A stretch of DNA of 64,000 bases, taken from the NCBI GenBank assembly GCA_951406725.2, contig OX597821.1:88660001-88724000 (forward strand), given 5' to 3'. The stretch is from Octopus vulgaris. Lineage: Eukaryota. Made by a program: the position numbers and the translations under genes. The notes under the pieces were generated by a model that saw nothing but the letters and a program-made list of their open reading frames with translations, made no database searches and was not told the DNA's origin. Of the stretch, positions 26,464 to 39,081 are shown one piece after another (positions within the stretch are counted from its first letter, which is position 1; every line of letters starts with the position of its first letter).

Positions 26464-27648
26464 ATTGGTAAATTAATTCGCAAACTGACAAATATAGCCA
26501 CCCCAAAATATTAGTGCCCTTAATGGACACTTCCCATCTCCTCTTTATTTACAAGAAAGCAAAATAGACTGCGTCCTCCCAATTCATCATTCGTCATCAT
26601 AGTTTTGTATAAATTTAAACTGCTGAAGACTGTATTAAATTTATTAAATATGGACATCTTTTTCGTTCCGTTTCAACACTTACACTTACCCTCTACAAAA
26701 TGTTTTCTGTGTTTTATGAGAAATATTAATTTCGAACACAATGTTATATTTGTATATTTCTCAAAAAAAAAAAAAAATCATAAGTGCAGGGATTTAATCG
26801 TGCATTGCTCGTAATTGTAGGACTCAAAGTTCTGATTTTCTTTTATATACATAGTATTTATGTGCTGGTCCTTGGAACGATGCTAGCCTTGTATGATATT
26901 AATAAAAGGGACTTTTAAAGTTTCTCTTCATAGTTTCTATGAATTCCCAAAAGAAATTTATCGGTAATATAATTTAGAAATTTATACATGAAAAATTTAT
27001 AATGAGTGGTATCAGTTATTTAGAAGATTGGATAAGCTAAAACTAGGGCACACAAACTTCATAAACAAATTGCAAGGTATGGGTGGAACAAAAGAACTAG
27101 GAGGTACATCAGTGATTACAGCGTGGAAGGCAGAGAAAGTATATAAAATAACCTGCCACGAACTTTTTTCTGACAGGAAACTTCAAATTCCCGAAATGAG
27201 GAGAGGAGTGGCCTGTATAACCAGTTAGTTTTGCAAAGATACTGGTCATCTTACAATTTCAAAGTTATAAAATGACAAAAACATCAACGGAATAAATATG
27301 TGATAAGAAACAAAAACTAACAAAATATTCGAAGGCTTACTAGCTTCATTAACAGCACACAACAGATTTCGTAAATTCTATTTACTATAACAAATGACCT
27401 TCCAATAATGAGGTTGAATATCACGTACAAATTGAGAGGTTAAATTACTACAAGGCCTCGTTAAAAGCAGGAAGAAAGTGACCGTAGATTTGAACTTATA
27501 CCATAGATTACTGCAACAATATCTAACCGAAGCACCATAAAATTTAATTGATTGTTATCTTTGAAATATTATCTGCTTCTTCAGTCTTATGTGAAATGTA
27601 AATAAACTCACGATTCACACACACACACACACACAAACACGCACACAC

Positions 27649-27684
<36 letters not shown>

Positions 27685-28620
27685 ACTCATGTGTGAGTGC
27701 TTCCAAGATATTGATTTTCATATTAGGCTATTTTAAGGCGCCTGTGTCTTTTGAAGTATCTGGTTAATAGTCTAATCTCCTTGATAAAGAGTATTACAAC
27801 ATTGTTTACATATAACTAGGAGTGTACGTATATGTGTATCTATGTCCATATTTGTGTGCATTTATATATAGGCATGTGCATATACACGTAGGTGAATGTA
27901 TAAGAGTGTATCACTGTGCATGTGAGAATGTAGGGAGTCCGTATAAAAATGTATAAGTATACGAATACTATATGTAAACTAGTACGTAGAAAAAACTTCA
28001 TCACAAACAAAATCTCTCTCTCTCCCTTACATACACAAGGAAATACACATACACAAACATAAACACACACACACACACACATTATGTAAGCATACCTAAG
28101 ATCTGTCACAAAATAGACGTAACTTCTAACACAGTGCACTAACCAAACTGCTCAGCTCACTTCAAACAGCAATGCTGTGTAAATTGGAGCCTTGACTGTC
28201 TAAAACTATTGGAAGCATTCCACGTCAGGTAGTCACCGATCTAAAGCGCAAGGGTAAACGCATGGTTATTACATTTAGTGATTTATCTTAAGTTGAGGGA
28301 TGAAAGATTTGGTAAAGTTAAGTATATTACTAATTTCTATTTCAGCTCTATATCATTTTGAGATGTTGATTATTTATCGTGTGGGACACGTGTTTTTTTT
28401 TTTTTAATCTGGAACAATTATACGGAAGGTGACCTTAAATATGAACTAACCTACACAACAACCGAGAATCACTTTTAGAAAGTGTGCGTTGCTCTCCATG
28501 AAAAATCATAACCTGATTAGCCGTGAGCTTTGGCGAAGTTGTAACTCTGAATGTTGGTGTCATGAATTAAAAACAAAAACGATTCAAGATATACCGTGTT
28601 TCCACAATATTTGTAACAAG

Positions 28621-29035
28621 GGCGGCGAGCTGGCAGAAACGTTAGCACGCCAGGCGAAATGCTTTGCGGTATTTCGTCTGCCGTTACGTTGTGAGTTCAA
28701 ATTCCGCCGAGGTCGACTTTGCCTTTCATCTTTTCGGGGTCGATAAATTAAGTACCAGTAACGCACTGGGGTCGATGTAATCGACTTAATACCTATGTCT
28801 GTCCTTGTTTGTCCCCTCTGTGTTTAGCCCCTTGTGGGTAATAAAGAAATAGGTATTTCGTCTGTCGTTACGTTCTGAGTTCAAATTCCGCCGAGGTCGA
28901 CTTTGCCTTTCATCCTTTCGGGGTCGATAAATAAAGTACCAGTTTCCCACTGGAGTCGATGTAATCGACTTAATTCCTTTGTATGTCCTTGTTTGTCCCC
29001 TCTCTGTTTAGCCCCTTGTGGGCAGCAAAGAAGTA
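28621..29035 (+). mobile_element. SINE family B, 1.8-mer tandem within one 16-bp TSD
   Basis: A full unit at 28621-28850 is followed by a 5'-truncated unit at 28852-29035. CACAATATTTGTAACA occurs at 28603-28618 and 29036-29051. Confidence 0.9.
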
Positions 29036-30109
29036 CACAATATTTGTAACACATCAGGAGGCAATATTTCGCATGCGAGGTAATTATTTTGTTAAATTTT
29101 AATTAGATTCAAATATGAATTTACCGTGTTGTACATAATGGAGGGCCAACATATGCACTCAGAGAGATATATAAAAAATTTGTTTCCGAGTTTATTTGAT
29201 ATTTTGCAAAAAGAAAGTATGTTGTTAAAAAGAAGTAAAGAAAATTAATACTGTGGAGACTTATTTCAATACTAGGTTGATTGATAGGTAGGATAACTTT
29301 AGTGCAGGTTTAAGATTTGCGTAAAAGCTTTGCAGTAATGGACTGGAATCTATAATCTCGAAGCCCGTTATTTGTTAGTAAACAAGTTCTGATACTGTCA
29401 GAGTGATATCAACCAAAGTTTTAAATATAAATGATATCAACCAATGTTTTAACTCTAACTGAATTTAGGATATCATTGCTATTTTAGAATTAGTTTACTG
29501 ATGAGAAACATGCAATCGCGCGCACACACACACACGCACACATCACTCAGTTTTTCTTTCGGTACTGTTGCAATAGAACGAGAACGCATGACAGCCTTCC
29601 ATTAAGAATGTGTGCGAGGAATTTGATGAACTGAAACTCACATGTATGCATATGGTCATGTATAAAATGATATTATCATACAAGAACAAAGAATCCAGAG
29701 ATGGGAACACAAATGTTCAGTAGGCAGTGGCAGAGAAGCTGATTTGTGATAACGCACGAATTCATAAATCATATAAGCAAATATTTCAACTTCTAAACGC
29801 CAGTGTAAGAAATTGATCTTCATGCATTCGATGTTGAGTTACTGGATATTAGTGTATTTATGAGGACCTATGAGGTTATTGTTTTAGTGATGGCAGGTGA
29901 GTAAACTTTAGAAGAATGTGTACGTTATGGTGATTTTCAACTAAGTGTGTCGACGCGAATGAACGATTGCACATATATGGAATATCAGGCATGTAATATC
30001 CTTATATAAATGCGAAACGTCTAATGGAATGGCATTTCTCTGTTTCGGTAATCTGGATTTGGATGTCGCTTAGAATTCTAGTATAAGTACAACAAATATT
30101 AGTGTATAG

Positions 30110-31628
30110 CGCTATTTAAAGCTGAGTTCGGATTTTTTGTTTAAGACTGGTTTGATTTGGAGCTCATCTCTGTAACTGATCAATGTTATTGCGTCTTTTC
30201 TTTTTTTTTTTTGATAGCCCACGTGACTATTTTCGCATCATTAAATTTTGACATGTGTGCTCTCTTTGACTTAGGACGCTTTTTCATATATTTTTTTCCT
30301 CGAAATTCCGTGCAACCAACTTAAATAGACTACTCCTAATTTGCGTAGGATTTGGCTTCAGCCAGTGAAAAGACGTGACACACACCCAGCTGGAAACATC
30401 AATACTTTACTTTGTCAGCTGTGGCGAGGCCTTATCGACTGCTTGCACAGTATTGCCAGCAGTATTCATTTGCGTCTTACGATTTACCTCTGTTTTCACG
30501 AGAGTGCTCTTTTTAATATAATTATTCCAACTTAAACTAACCACTTCAAAACTCTTACCCAAAATTAAAAAAAAATCCTTCATTCGGTTTGTTTGATTAA
30601 CATTTTTGCCAACTATATTTTACGATTTTTGGGGTGCTTCATATTCATCGCTTTTCCTTAGGACTTTTTCTACTGCGTAAACTGATAATTTTCCACCATT
30701 TGTCGATGCAAAAGATCCAATATAGGTCGGCAAACAAATCCTGTAAAGAAAAGTGAACGTATGCGTGCAAATTAATCTGTCGAGGGCGCCGCCAGGAGGA
30801 ACTTTCTCAATACACTTTGGATTGCTTCAACGTGAGGAAGGGAAAGTGAAGAGCAGTATTGTGAACGGTTAGCACGTATTGCTGCGCAACGTGCCGCCCA
30901 GAGCAACAAGCAACATTCAGTACGCCGAACAAGAAATGCTTCCTCTACTGCTGCTGCACAAGCTTCAGAGATTGCAGCACAAGGGGCAGATCGACTTACA
31001 AGAGTTGCTCTTCCTCAACTGCTGTTGCACGAGCTGCAGAGAGTGCAACACAGCACGCAGTTCGACTCACAGGAGTTACAGATACTACAGGGAAACGACA
31101 AGATCGGACGTTACCCTATACGGCAAACAGAAAAACATCAGGTAACCATGCCCTTGTCACCTTATTCATTTCATTAGCGTATTCTTCAATTGTGAGGTAG
31201 GCAACAGATACTACAATTTTCATCTTGTTTGCACAAACCACATGTCAAATTTTTTGTTCAAATAATGTTGTATGTGCAACCTAGCGAAACAGCAGGTAAA
31301 CATACTATTTCTCTTTATATCATATCTTTAGGCTCAACCTTTCCATTTGCTAAACAGCATATGCTATCAGTTATGTGGTAAAGAAAATAAACTCAATTAT
31401 TGCCGGGATTTTTACAGATCGACCTATTGTCCCAATGGAAAAGAATGACAATAATGTGGGCGTATGACTTTGCATGTTCACTATTGCGTTAATAAATCAA
31501 ACAACGCAGGCAACATCTGCCATTATGATTTCTTTCATTCAGTTCAGATATGCATCCGTGAATGGTCTAATAACCAAACAAGCATACTTAACAAACAGCC
31601 CCGGGCAACACCGGGTACGCCTGCTACT
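30110..31628 (+). mobile_element. Helitron-like element, internally deleted (5' boundary uncertain)
   Basis: 30830-31080 encodes ESEEQYCERLARIAAQRAAQS...ARAAESATQHAVRL, resembling the E..EQ...RL N-terminal repeats of RepHel proteins. The 3' hairpin CCCGGGCAACACCGGG is followed by CTGCTAC, matching the end of the adjacent Helitron. Confidence 0.55.
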
Positions 31629-31794
31629 TTCGATTAAATAAGACATGGCACTTGAAAAATATAACCAGTAAATGCGAGTCTATGTGGTATACATATTCTG
31701 TATGTGTATACATTGCAATCAGTTACTGGGAATATTCTGAAACGTGTTTGAACTATGGTGCTATAAACATAATGACAATACATAAAGCATGATA

Positions 31795-32177
31795 TCTTTA
31801 TATATAAAAGTAAGGTTGTGTGTCTGTCTACTCCGATTTAGATTCCTAACTACTCCCACATTTTGCGGTGCAGTTTAACCAAAACCGGGTATCTTATAGT
31901 CTTGATTCATATCGAGCTAGCGCGAGTCTACGATGAGTCTACGATTTAAAAAATAATTTGCCATCATTTTTGCCATTTTAATGCATATTTTTTTTAAATA
32001 TAAGGGAAGTAACTCTCTAAAAATGTCTACGATTAGTCAACGATTTTAAACAAAATTTACCATCATATTTTTTCAATTTTTTATGCATTTTTTTGCTATT
32101 TTTTGGCTATAACTCTCTAAAAATTCTCTATAGTTATTTCCCTTACAAACCTGAGCAACGCCGGGCGATACTGCTAG
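31795..32177 (+). mobile_element. Non-autonomous Helitron
   Basis: A|TCTTTATATATAAAAG start, subterminal GC hairpin CCTGAGCAACGCCGGG and CTAG|T end. Inserted between A and T with no TSD. Confidence 0.85.
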
Positions 32178-32380
32178 TATCAGATAAAATTGTAAATATG
32201 AATTTTGCTGCTGTAAAATCTGGAAGACAGCGTGGTATTGAAAACTGAATGAGTTAACACCCACCGATTTAGGGAATCGTGGTAAGAAAGTATTCTATAA
32301 ACTTTTATCAGGTTCAATATTTCAGGAAAAAGCAAGCCGCTGCATAATGATTCTGTATAAATCAATGGTTTACAGAAAAA

Positions 32381-32611
32381 GGCGGCGAGCTGGCAGAAAC
32401 GTTAGCACACCGGGCGAAATGCTTAGCGGTATTGCGTCTGCCGTTACGTTCTGAGTTCGAATTCCGCCGAGGTCGACTTTGCCTTTCATCCTTTCGGGGT
32501 CGATTAAATAAGTACCAGTTACGCACTGGGGTCGATGTAATCGACTTATTCCGTTTGTCTGTCCTTGTTTGTCCTCTCTGTGTTTAGCCCCTTGTAGGTA
32601 TTAAAGAAATA
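32381..32611 (+). mobile_element. SINE family B with 13-bp TSD
   Basis: Full unit. GGTTTACAGAAAA occurs at 32367-32379 and 32612-32624. Confidence 0.95.
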
Positions 32612-34530
32612 GGTTTACAGAAAATGAGCAATGAAATAAGAACGTAGAAATAGTTTTTTTAAGAAAGAAAATTAATCTTGATACACAAACATCGGAGCTA
32701 AAATAAAGGCAAGAGTTATACTTATAATATTAATTTACAGTGTTAGGATTGAATAATTAAATAAGGAAATAAATATGACAATAAATATAGGAATCTATAT
32801 CCAATTTTCTCTGCATTCAATTAATAGAGTAAAGAACAAATCTCTGTAAAGATTAAATTTCTGGGTTAATAATATACCAATTCTCTTTCAGATAATGTTA
32901 CAAAGATGGAAATTTCATATAAATTGATAACATTCTGGCTGTTATAGAAATATACTATTAATTTGTGCAACAATGTACTTGAATTTCAAAGACTCTATTT
33001 CGATGGAACGTGAAATGGCAGCTTCGAAATATGTCAAGCTTATTAAGACACTACTAGTATATACAGAACAATTGTTGATGTGTGAACAATAAAATACTCT
33101 CTTTAAGCACATTTAACTTTAGAATAATTGCGAGGTCTCCAGAATCTGTGCGAAATGTGCAATCGTTTCAGAATTTTAATTAGGTAATTTGAATTTAGAA
33201 TATAGAATTTCGTATGAAACTAACTCAAATCTGATAGAGCTTCCAACTGGTACAATTTATCGATGGGGAAAACCTCTCCTTTTTAGATTACAATAATAGC
33301 TGTGTTTCTCCAGCCATTCGTCAATCGGTTTCTCCGTCCGTCATATGCACAGATAAAGATGGATAATATCGAAGCAAAGAAGGGAAACATTGAATACAAT
33401 CACGTTATATATTAAATTCACAAATGGAAGTTAGGGGCGTGATTTTGCTTAGTAAAGTTCCTCATTTTCTTCAGAGACACCGCAAAAATATATTCGTTGA
33501 AAGATACTGCAATGAACTGCATTGAAAGGAAAATATTAAAAAAATGCGGAACACCGGAAGAAGAAAAAGGTAATAAAAATAGCGTCAGTATGATGTCCCT
33601 TCTACACTTGAAGTGATTACATTTGAAATGACTCAATCATTTAACAAACTCTTCAGTATGTAAAACTGCTAACTCTAGTGAGGTAAATGTATTATATTCT
33701 ATTTAATTCAACAGCTTATAATTTTATAAAATATAAACGGAACACATTTTAACGTCAATGAAATAATTCACTGAATCTGGTAATTTACTACTGAGATGAG
33801 GCATGAGGAAACTTTGGTTTACATTTCTCACTGCAAAGTTACTTTAGTATTGGAGACAATGCTATTATTGAAAGGTTCCATTTTCCATTCATCGTCTTTA
33901 ACAAACATTAATAGCATAGAGTGATATTTATAAATATAAGAGCATTTATATAGTTACTCGACTTGCTTGGAACAGCGACTACATAGACTTCAAAATAGCC
34001 CAAAAGACATATTGCTATAGTAAAACGGAATCTTAACTATATAAAGTGCAACTTCATAAAAAATGTTATTAATATTTCATAAAATAAAATATATGTTGAA
34101 GTATAATGATATATGATAATAGAGAAATAATTTTTTGTAATATGTAAGATACAAAAAAACTCTTTTGTTATTCAGATAAAATTCATGAATAATAGGAACA
34201 AAATAATTCAAATTTTAGAATGATCTTGTAAGAAAATATTTGTAAAATGAAATGCTCGGAGTAAATTAATTAAAAAAAAAACAACATATTATTTATGAGA
34301 TAACATAAGATATCGAAAAATGTGTATCAATGTTACACGCAAGTGACAAGAAAATAGAAGAGAAGGGATTTTCTCTCTATTACAATTGCTTTTGCTTCAA
34401 GTGTAATTTTTTCGATGAATAGCTTAAATATGAATTACGGAAAATGCTTCACAGAAGAGCAGCAACGATGCGGCACAAAGTAAGAAAACATAATAAAACA
34501 GACAAGTGACTGCAGCTTACAAACAAACAT

Positions 34531-34968
34531 ACTCCTTATCTCTCTTTTACTCTTTTACTTGTTTCACTCATTTGAACGTGCCCATGCTGGAGCACCGCCT
34601 TTAGTCGAGCAAATTGACCCCAGGACTTATTCTTTGTAAGCCTAGTACTCATTCTATCGGTCTCTTTTGCCGAACCGCTAAGTTACGGGAACGTAAACAC
34701 AACAGCATCGGTTGTCAAGTGATGTTGGCGGGAGAAACACAGACACACGAATACATACACACACATACATATATATATACATATATATGACGGGCTTCTT
34801 TCAATTTCTGTCTACCTAATCCACTCACAAGGCTTTGGTCGGCCCGAGGTTATAGTAGAAGACACTTGCCCAAGGTGCCACGCAGTGGTACTGAACCCGG
34901 AACCATGTGCTTTTTAAGAAAGCCACTCCTACGCCATGTGGTTGGTAAGACAGCCACTCCTATGCCTA
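34531..34968 (-). mobile_element. SINE family A with 98-bp flanking direct repeat and duplicated head
   Basis: Family A body. 34433-34530 is repeated at 34973-35070. Confidence 0.95.
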
Positions 34969-35112
34969 TGCAAATTAGGGAAAATGCTTCACAGAAGAGC
35001 AGCAAGGATGTGGCACAAAGTAAGAAAACATAATAAAACAGACAAGTGACTGCAGCTTACAGACAAACATGTGGACAATCACAAGATTCTGCACAACATA
35101 GACATGCTCAAC

Positions 35113-35115
<3 letters not shown>

Positions 35116-35165
<50 letters not shown>
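35116..35165. repeat. (GA)n microsatellite
   Basis: Read directly from the sequence. Confidence 0.95.
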
Positions 35166-35166
<1 letters not shown>

Positions 35167-35319
35167 AGAGACAAGGTATGTTGATACGATATTGAACAAC
35201 TTAGAGAATCATGGCAGTAGCTTTCTCAAGAGCAGTAAGAAGGTGTGTTAACACAATATGCTGAAGAGGAAAGAACAGCCTGAGAAAATGGTCCACAGTC
35301 ATAAAGTAAACAGATATTA

Positions 35320-36440
35320 GAAAGTCTGAATAGCATAATGATGAACATCAGCTTAAGAACTTCAAATAGAATTCCCTATGAAAAATTGCAAAACATGAAA
35401 TAAATTCATTTCTAATATTAGCTGTCAATGTAACCTGCCATCGGTGTAGTTAAATGAACGCCAGATACAGCCATCAGAAGGCATTAATACACATGAAAAT
35501 GCGAATAGGAGTAAGCTATTACGGGTTTCGTATTTGCCTTAAATCTGGTTTCATCCGTATCCGAGGTGTACCAGATTTAATTGATGGGAAACATCCATTA
35601 TTCATACTTGAATCAGTAGAAGCATATTTCAGAGGCATTTGCATGTGCAACAGTGACAAGACAATGTGCACCATGAAAGTAAACAATACTACAGTTGCTT
35701 GACGCCTTTCTACTTAAGGGGTGCACGGTAGTATTTGTAAAAGCTTTAAAACACAAGGAACACGGTTTCTGGTCTATTATCCTATATACTCTTTTACTCT
35801 TTTACTTGTTTCAATCATTTGACTGCGGCTATGCTGGAGCACCGCCTTTAATCGAGCAACTCGACCCCGGGACTTATTCCTTTTGTAAGCCCAGTACTTA
35901 TTCTATCGGTCTCTTTTGCCGAACCGCTAAGTAACGGGGACATATACACACCAGTATCGGTTGTCAAGCAATGCTAGGGGGACAAACACAGACACACAAA
36001 CATATACACACACATACATATATATACATATATACGACAGGCTTCTTTTCAGGTTCCGTCTATCAAATCCACTCACAAGGTTTTGGTCGGCCCGAGGCTA
36101 TAGTAGAAGACACTTGCCCAAGGTGCCACGCAGTGTGACTGAACCCGGAACCATGTGGCTGGTAAACAACCTACTTACCACGCAGCCACTCCTGCGCCTA
36201 TGTGAACTTACATTTACGTTTCTGAGGAACTTTGATTGTAGGCAGAAGGCGGTTGTATTCATTGCTAGGGAAAACCTTGATGATGTTAATGTTAGTACGC
36301 TTCAGTCTGCTCTGGTGTAAGAGAACAAGTTTTGCAAATATTTCTGTCTTTGAAGAAGAAATTGACGCTGCCAAAATGCGACAAAATGTTACTATTGGAT
36401 TGCGTGCTGACAAGCGGTGTGATGACGAACACTCCAAAAC
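35320..36440 (-). pseudogene. PIF/Harbinger DDE transposase fossil interrupted by a SINE
   Basis: Minus-strand peptides in Harbinger order: VTFCRILAASIS (cf. TLRFLATG), IKVP, then the SINE, FPCV, FH..IVL/TVAHAN (cf. FSIVLLAVADAN), FMCINAF (cf. FVGDEAF), FNY and FAIFHREF. Confidence 0.5.
35788..36198 (-). mobile_element. SINE family A
   Basis: Full match to the other copies. Confidence 0.95.
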
Positions 36441-36819
36441 GTAGACCTTGTCTGCAAACAGTGGAGTTGTTCTATTGAAACCTCGTAAATACGCAGAAAC
36501 TGATCAATATAACAGATGCTGGTAAACTGGTACTGAGAAAAAAAAAACAAAGAACAATCATGCATGTCTTGAAAAGTTTAGCGAATCTCATGACGACTAT
36601 AATCCTATGATGTATTGGAGTTCATCCCTTGACGTTTAGATAACTTGATGTCCTAAATCATAGAAGACTGAAATTGCTTTAGTTTTTTTCTTTTCGAATA
36701 ATGAAGATAATCGGATAATATATTACATCAGGGACCCTATCTGTTTGTGTAAATCAATGCAACAAATCCAATCTTCTTACTTGCATATATTCAAAACAAT
36801 CAACACGATCTCTAAGAGT

Positions 36820-37900
36820 AGATCTGTATAAATGCTTCGCAGATGCATTCATTGTAGGCAATGCTCATTGGACTGGGCATACATGGCAAGGCAGTACGAA
36901 GGTGTGAGGGCTATAGTAAGAAAACTTGGAGAACCATTATATTTTGTGATATATACCTGGAAGCCAAATGGGGATAATTCACAAGAGAACAGAATGCCAA
37001 TCAAACCACTGTAGACCTTCCTGGTACAACTGGACGAGGTTATCTAATTGAAGGGCAGTAACATATACACTATTTTGAATCTGGAAATTGAGGAAAATTA
37101 ATAACCCCTGCGAGTACAGCTGAATTGGAGAAAAGAGCTTTGCCTCAATGTCATATTCTCTTCGTAATAAAACACAAACATGGCAAATTATCGAAAAATA
37201 TTCTTTTGCTGAACATCCTAATCCAAACAAATGTACGCAAACTTGTTACACCGACTATGTGGAAGAAAGAATCTATCTTCGTGTTACATGTTAGATAAAC
37301 TTTGTAAGCACGAATTAAGTACAAGAGTTCCTTTCACAAACGTTAATTGGTGACGGCTGCTATACAATCTATCACCGGCAAAATCATGCTGAAAGAGGCC
37401 ATAGAACTAATTGTGAGCTGAAAACAACGGAATTATCGTCACTTAGTCTCTTTCAGTGTACGGTGTCTTAGAAATGTGAAACCTACATTAAATTTTGTAC
37501 GAGATTCTGTTAAAGCTGTTAATGTTTATTTAAATGCCTATTCAAAAGCACAGACAATTTTACAGTGTCGCTAGAAGTGAAACATGTACAAGTTTGTCGT
37601 GATTTCGTCGGTGCAAATCAAAAATATGGGAGCATTAAATTTGAAAATTGCAGATACTTCCGATAATCTCATTTGTGTAAGATTTTAAGGCCACTGTTCA
37701 AAAAAGAAATTCTTGCGCAGAATATCTTAAAATTCACGAAGTGATTTTTATATAAACAACGCGGAAAAAGCCATTTAATAAGTTCTATCCACCAATCTTA
37801 TAGCTTATTAAAATAAAGCCGTCGAAGACCTAGAAGCGAGAAGAATCTTGTATTGCAACTTAGCCGAAAGTTACACTTGGCAATCGTTGACTAAAAGCCG
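36820..37900 (+). pseudogene. Probable hAT transposase fossil
   Basis: CRQCSLDWAYMARQYEGVRAIVRK resembles the hAT CRGQxYDGAxxMxGxxxGVxAxI motif. Downstream KLVTPTMW resembles LxxTRW. Heavily decayed. Confidence 0.4.
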
Positions 37901-38774
37901 GTGAGGAAATATAACTACTTGGAATACCAGGGATTATCGGTACGGCACTAGTTCGCAGAGAGACCATTGCTTTACCGGAAAGTGTGAGCTACAACCGATT
38001 ATGATCTGCATGCGACCAATTGTGTAACAATGTATGAGCTCCCGGAATACTTCTCCATGTGAACTCCGGTAATATTTCTCCGAAACTCCACAGCGCAATG
38101 GTACTCCATACACGTTCACAACTATACTAACGGTTAAAATACATTGCGGCTTTGAATGTGGAGGGGTGTAATAGATACCGAGGATATTTTTTTAACCACC
38201 TGAAAGCTATTTACGAAACTTCAGTGTTAAAGTAACAATTTCAGGTTAGTGTCAGCTGACGGTCCAACTTACCTGAAAGTATTTGCCAATCAAATGCAAT
38301 TCACCTGCACAAGCAGAAACACACATTATAATACTGAACACAGAATGTTGGCAAGGAAAGTTGTTTATGTATGAAGTAATCATTCACAACAAATGTAACC
38401 ATACTGCAGCGTGTATAGTGACGTTGCAGATTATGAAACGAAGTATCTTTTTCAATAAACAAGTTTCAGGCTTAAACACAATTTATTAAGCCTTCTCTGA
38501 GATAGAAAATTTAAGTGTACATAGCTTATTTTATTGAAACACCAAATATTTTTGAAAGAATACAGAGAAGTAAAGTTAAAAGGATTACAAAACTTTAAAT
38601 GAATTTTATACTTAAACTAAATGTGCATTTTTAAAGTTAAAAATAGCATTTTAAATGAACAAAATAAATCTTTAAATTTGAAATTTTGCTTTTTGCTGTC
38701 AGTAATACTAGATGCATCAAAGTACATAATATTGGGTTCAAATTTTGGAATAAGGCCAGCAGTAGTAGGTGAGG

Positions 38775-38935
38775 GTGGAATCATTTACATCGACCCTAGT
38801 GGTCGACTGGTTTTTATTTTATTGACTCCGAAACGATGGAAGGTAAATCAACCCCGGCAGCATTTCAGCTTGGAATGTTAGGTCGAAAAAAATACTGCTA
38901 AGCATTCTCCTCGCGCGGTAACGTTTCTGCAACGT
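38775..38935 (-). mobile_element. Degenerate SINE family B
   Basis: TTACATCGACCC...CCGAAACGATGGAAGGTAAA...GCTAAGCATT...TAACGTTTCTGC. Confidence 0.7.
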
Positions 38936-39009
38936 AACTGCTCTAACAAAGTAGACAATATTAAAAAAAATGTGGTTGATTTTAGAGCGCAGATGTATCG
39001 ACCATTGCT

Positions 39010-39010
39010 G

Positions 39011-39080
<70 letters not shown>
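39010..39080. repeat. (TA)n(GT)n microsatellite
   Basis: Read directly from the sequence. Confidence 0.95.
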
Positions 39081-39081
<1 letters not shown>

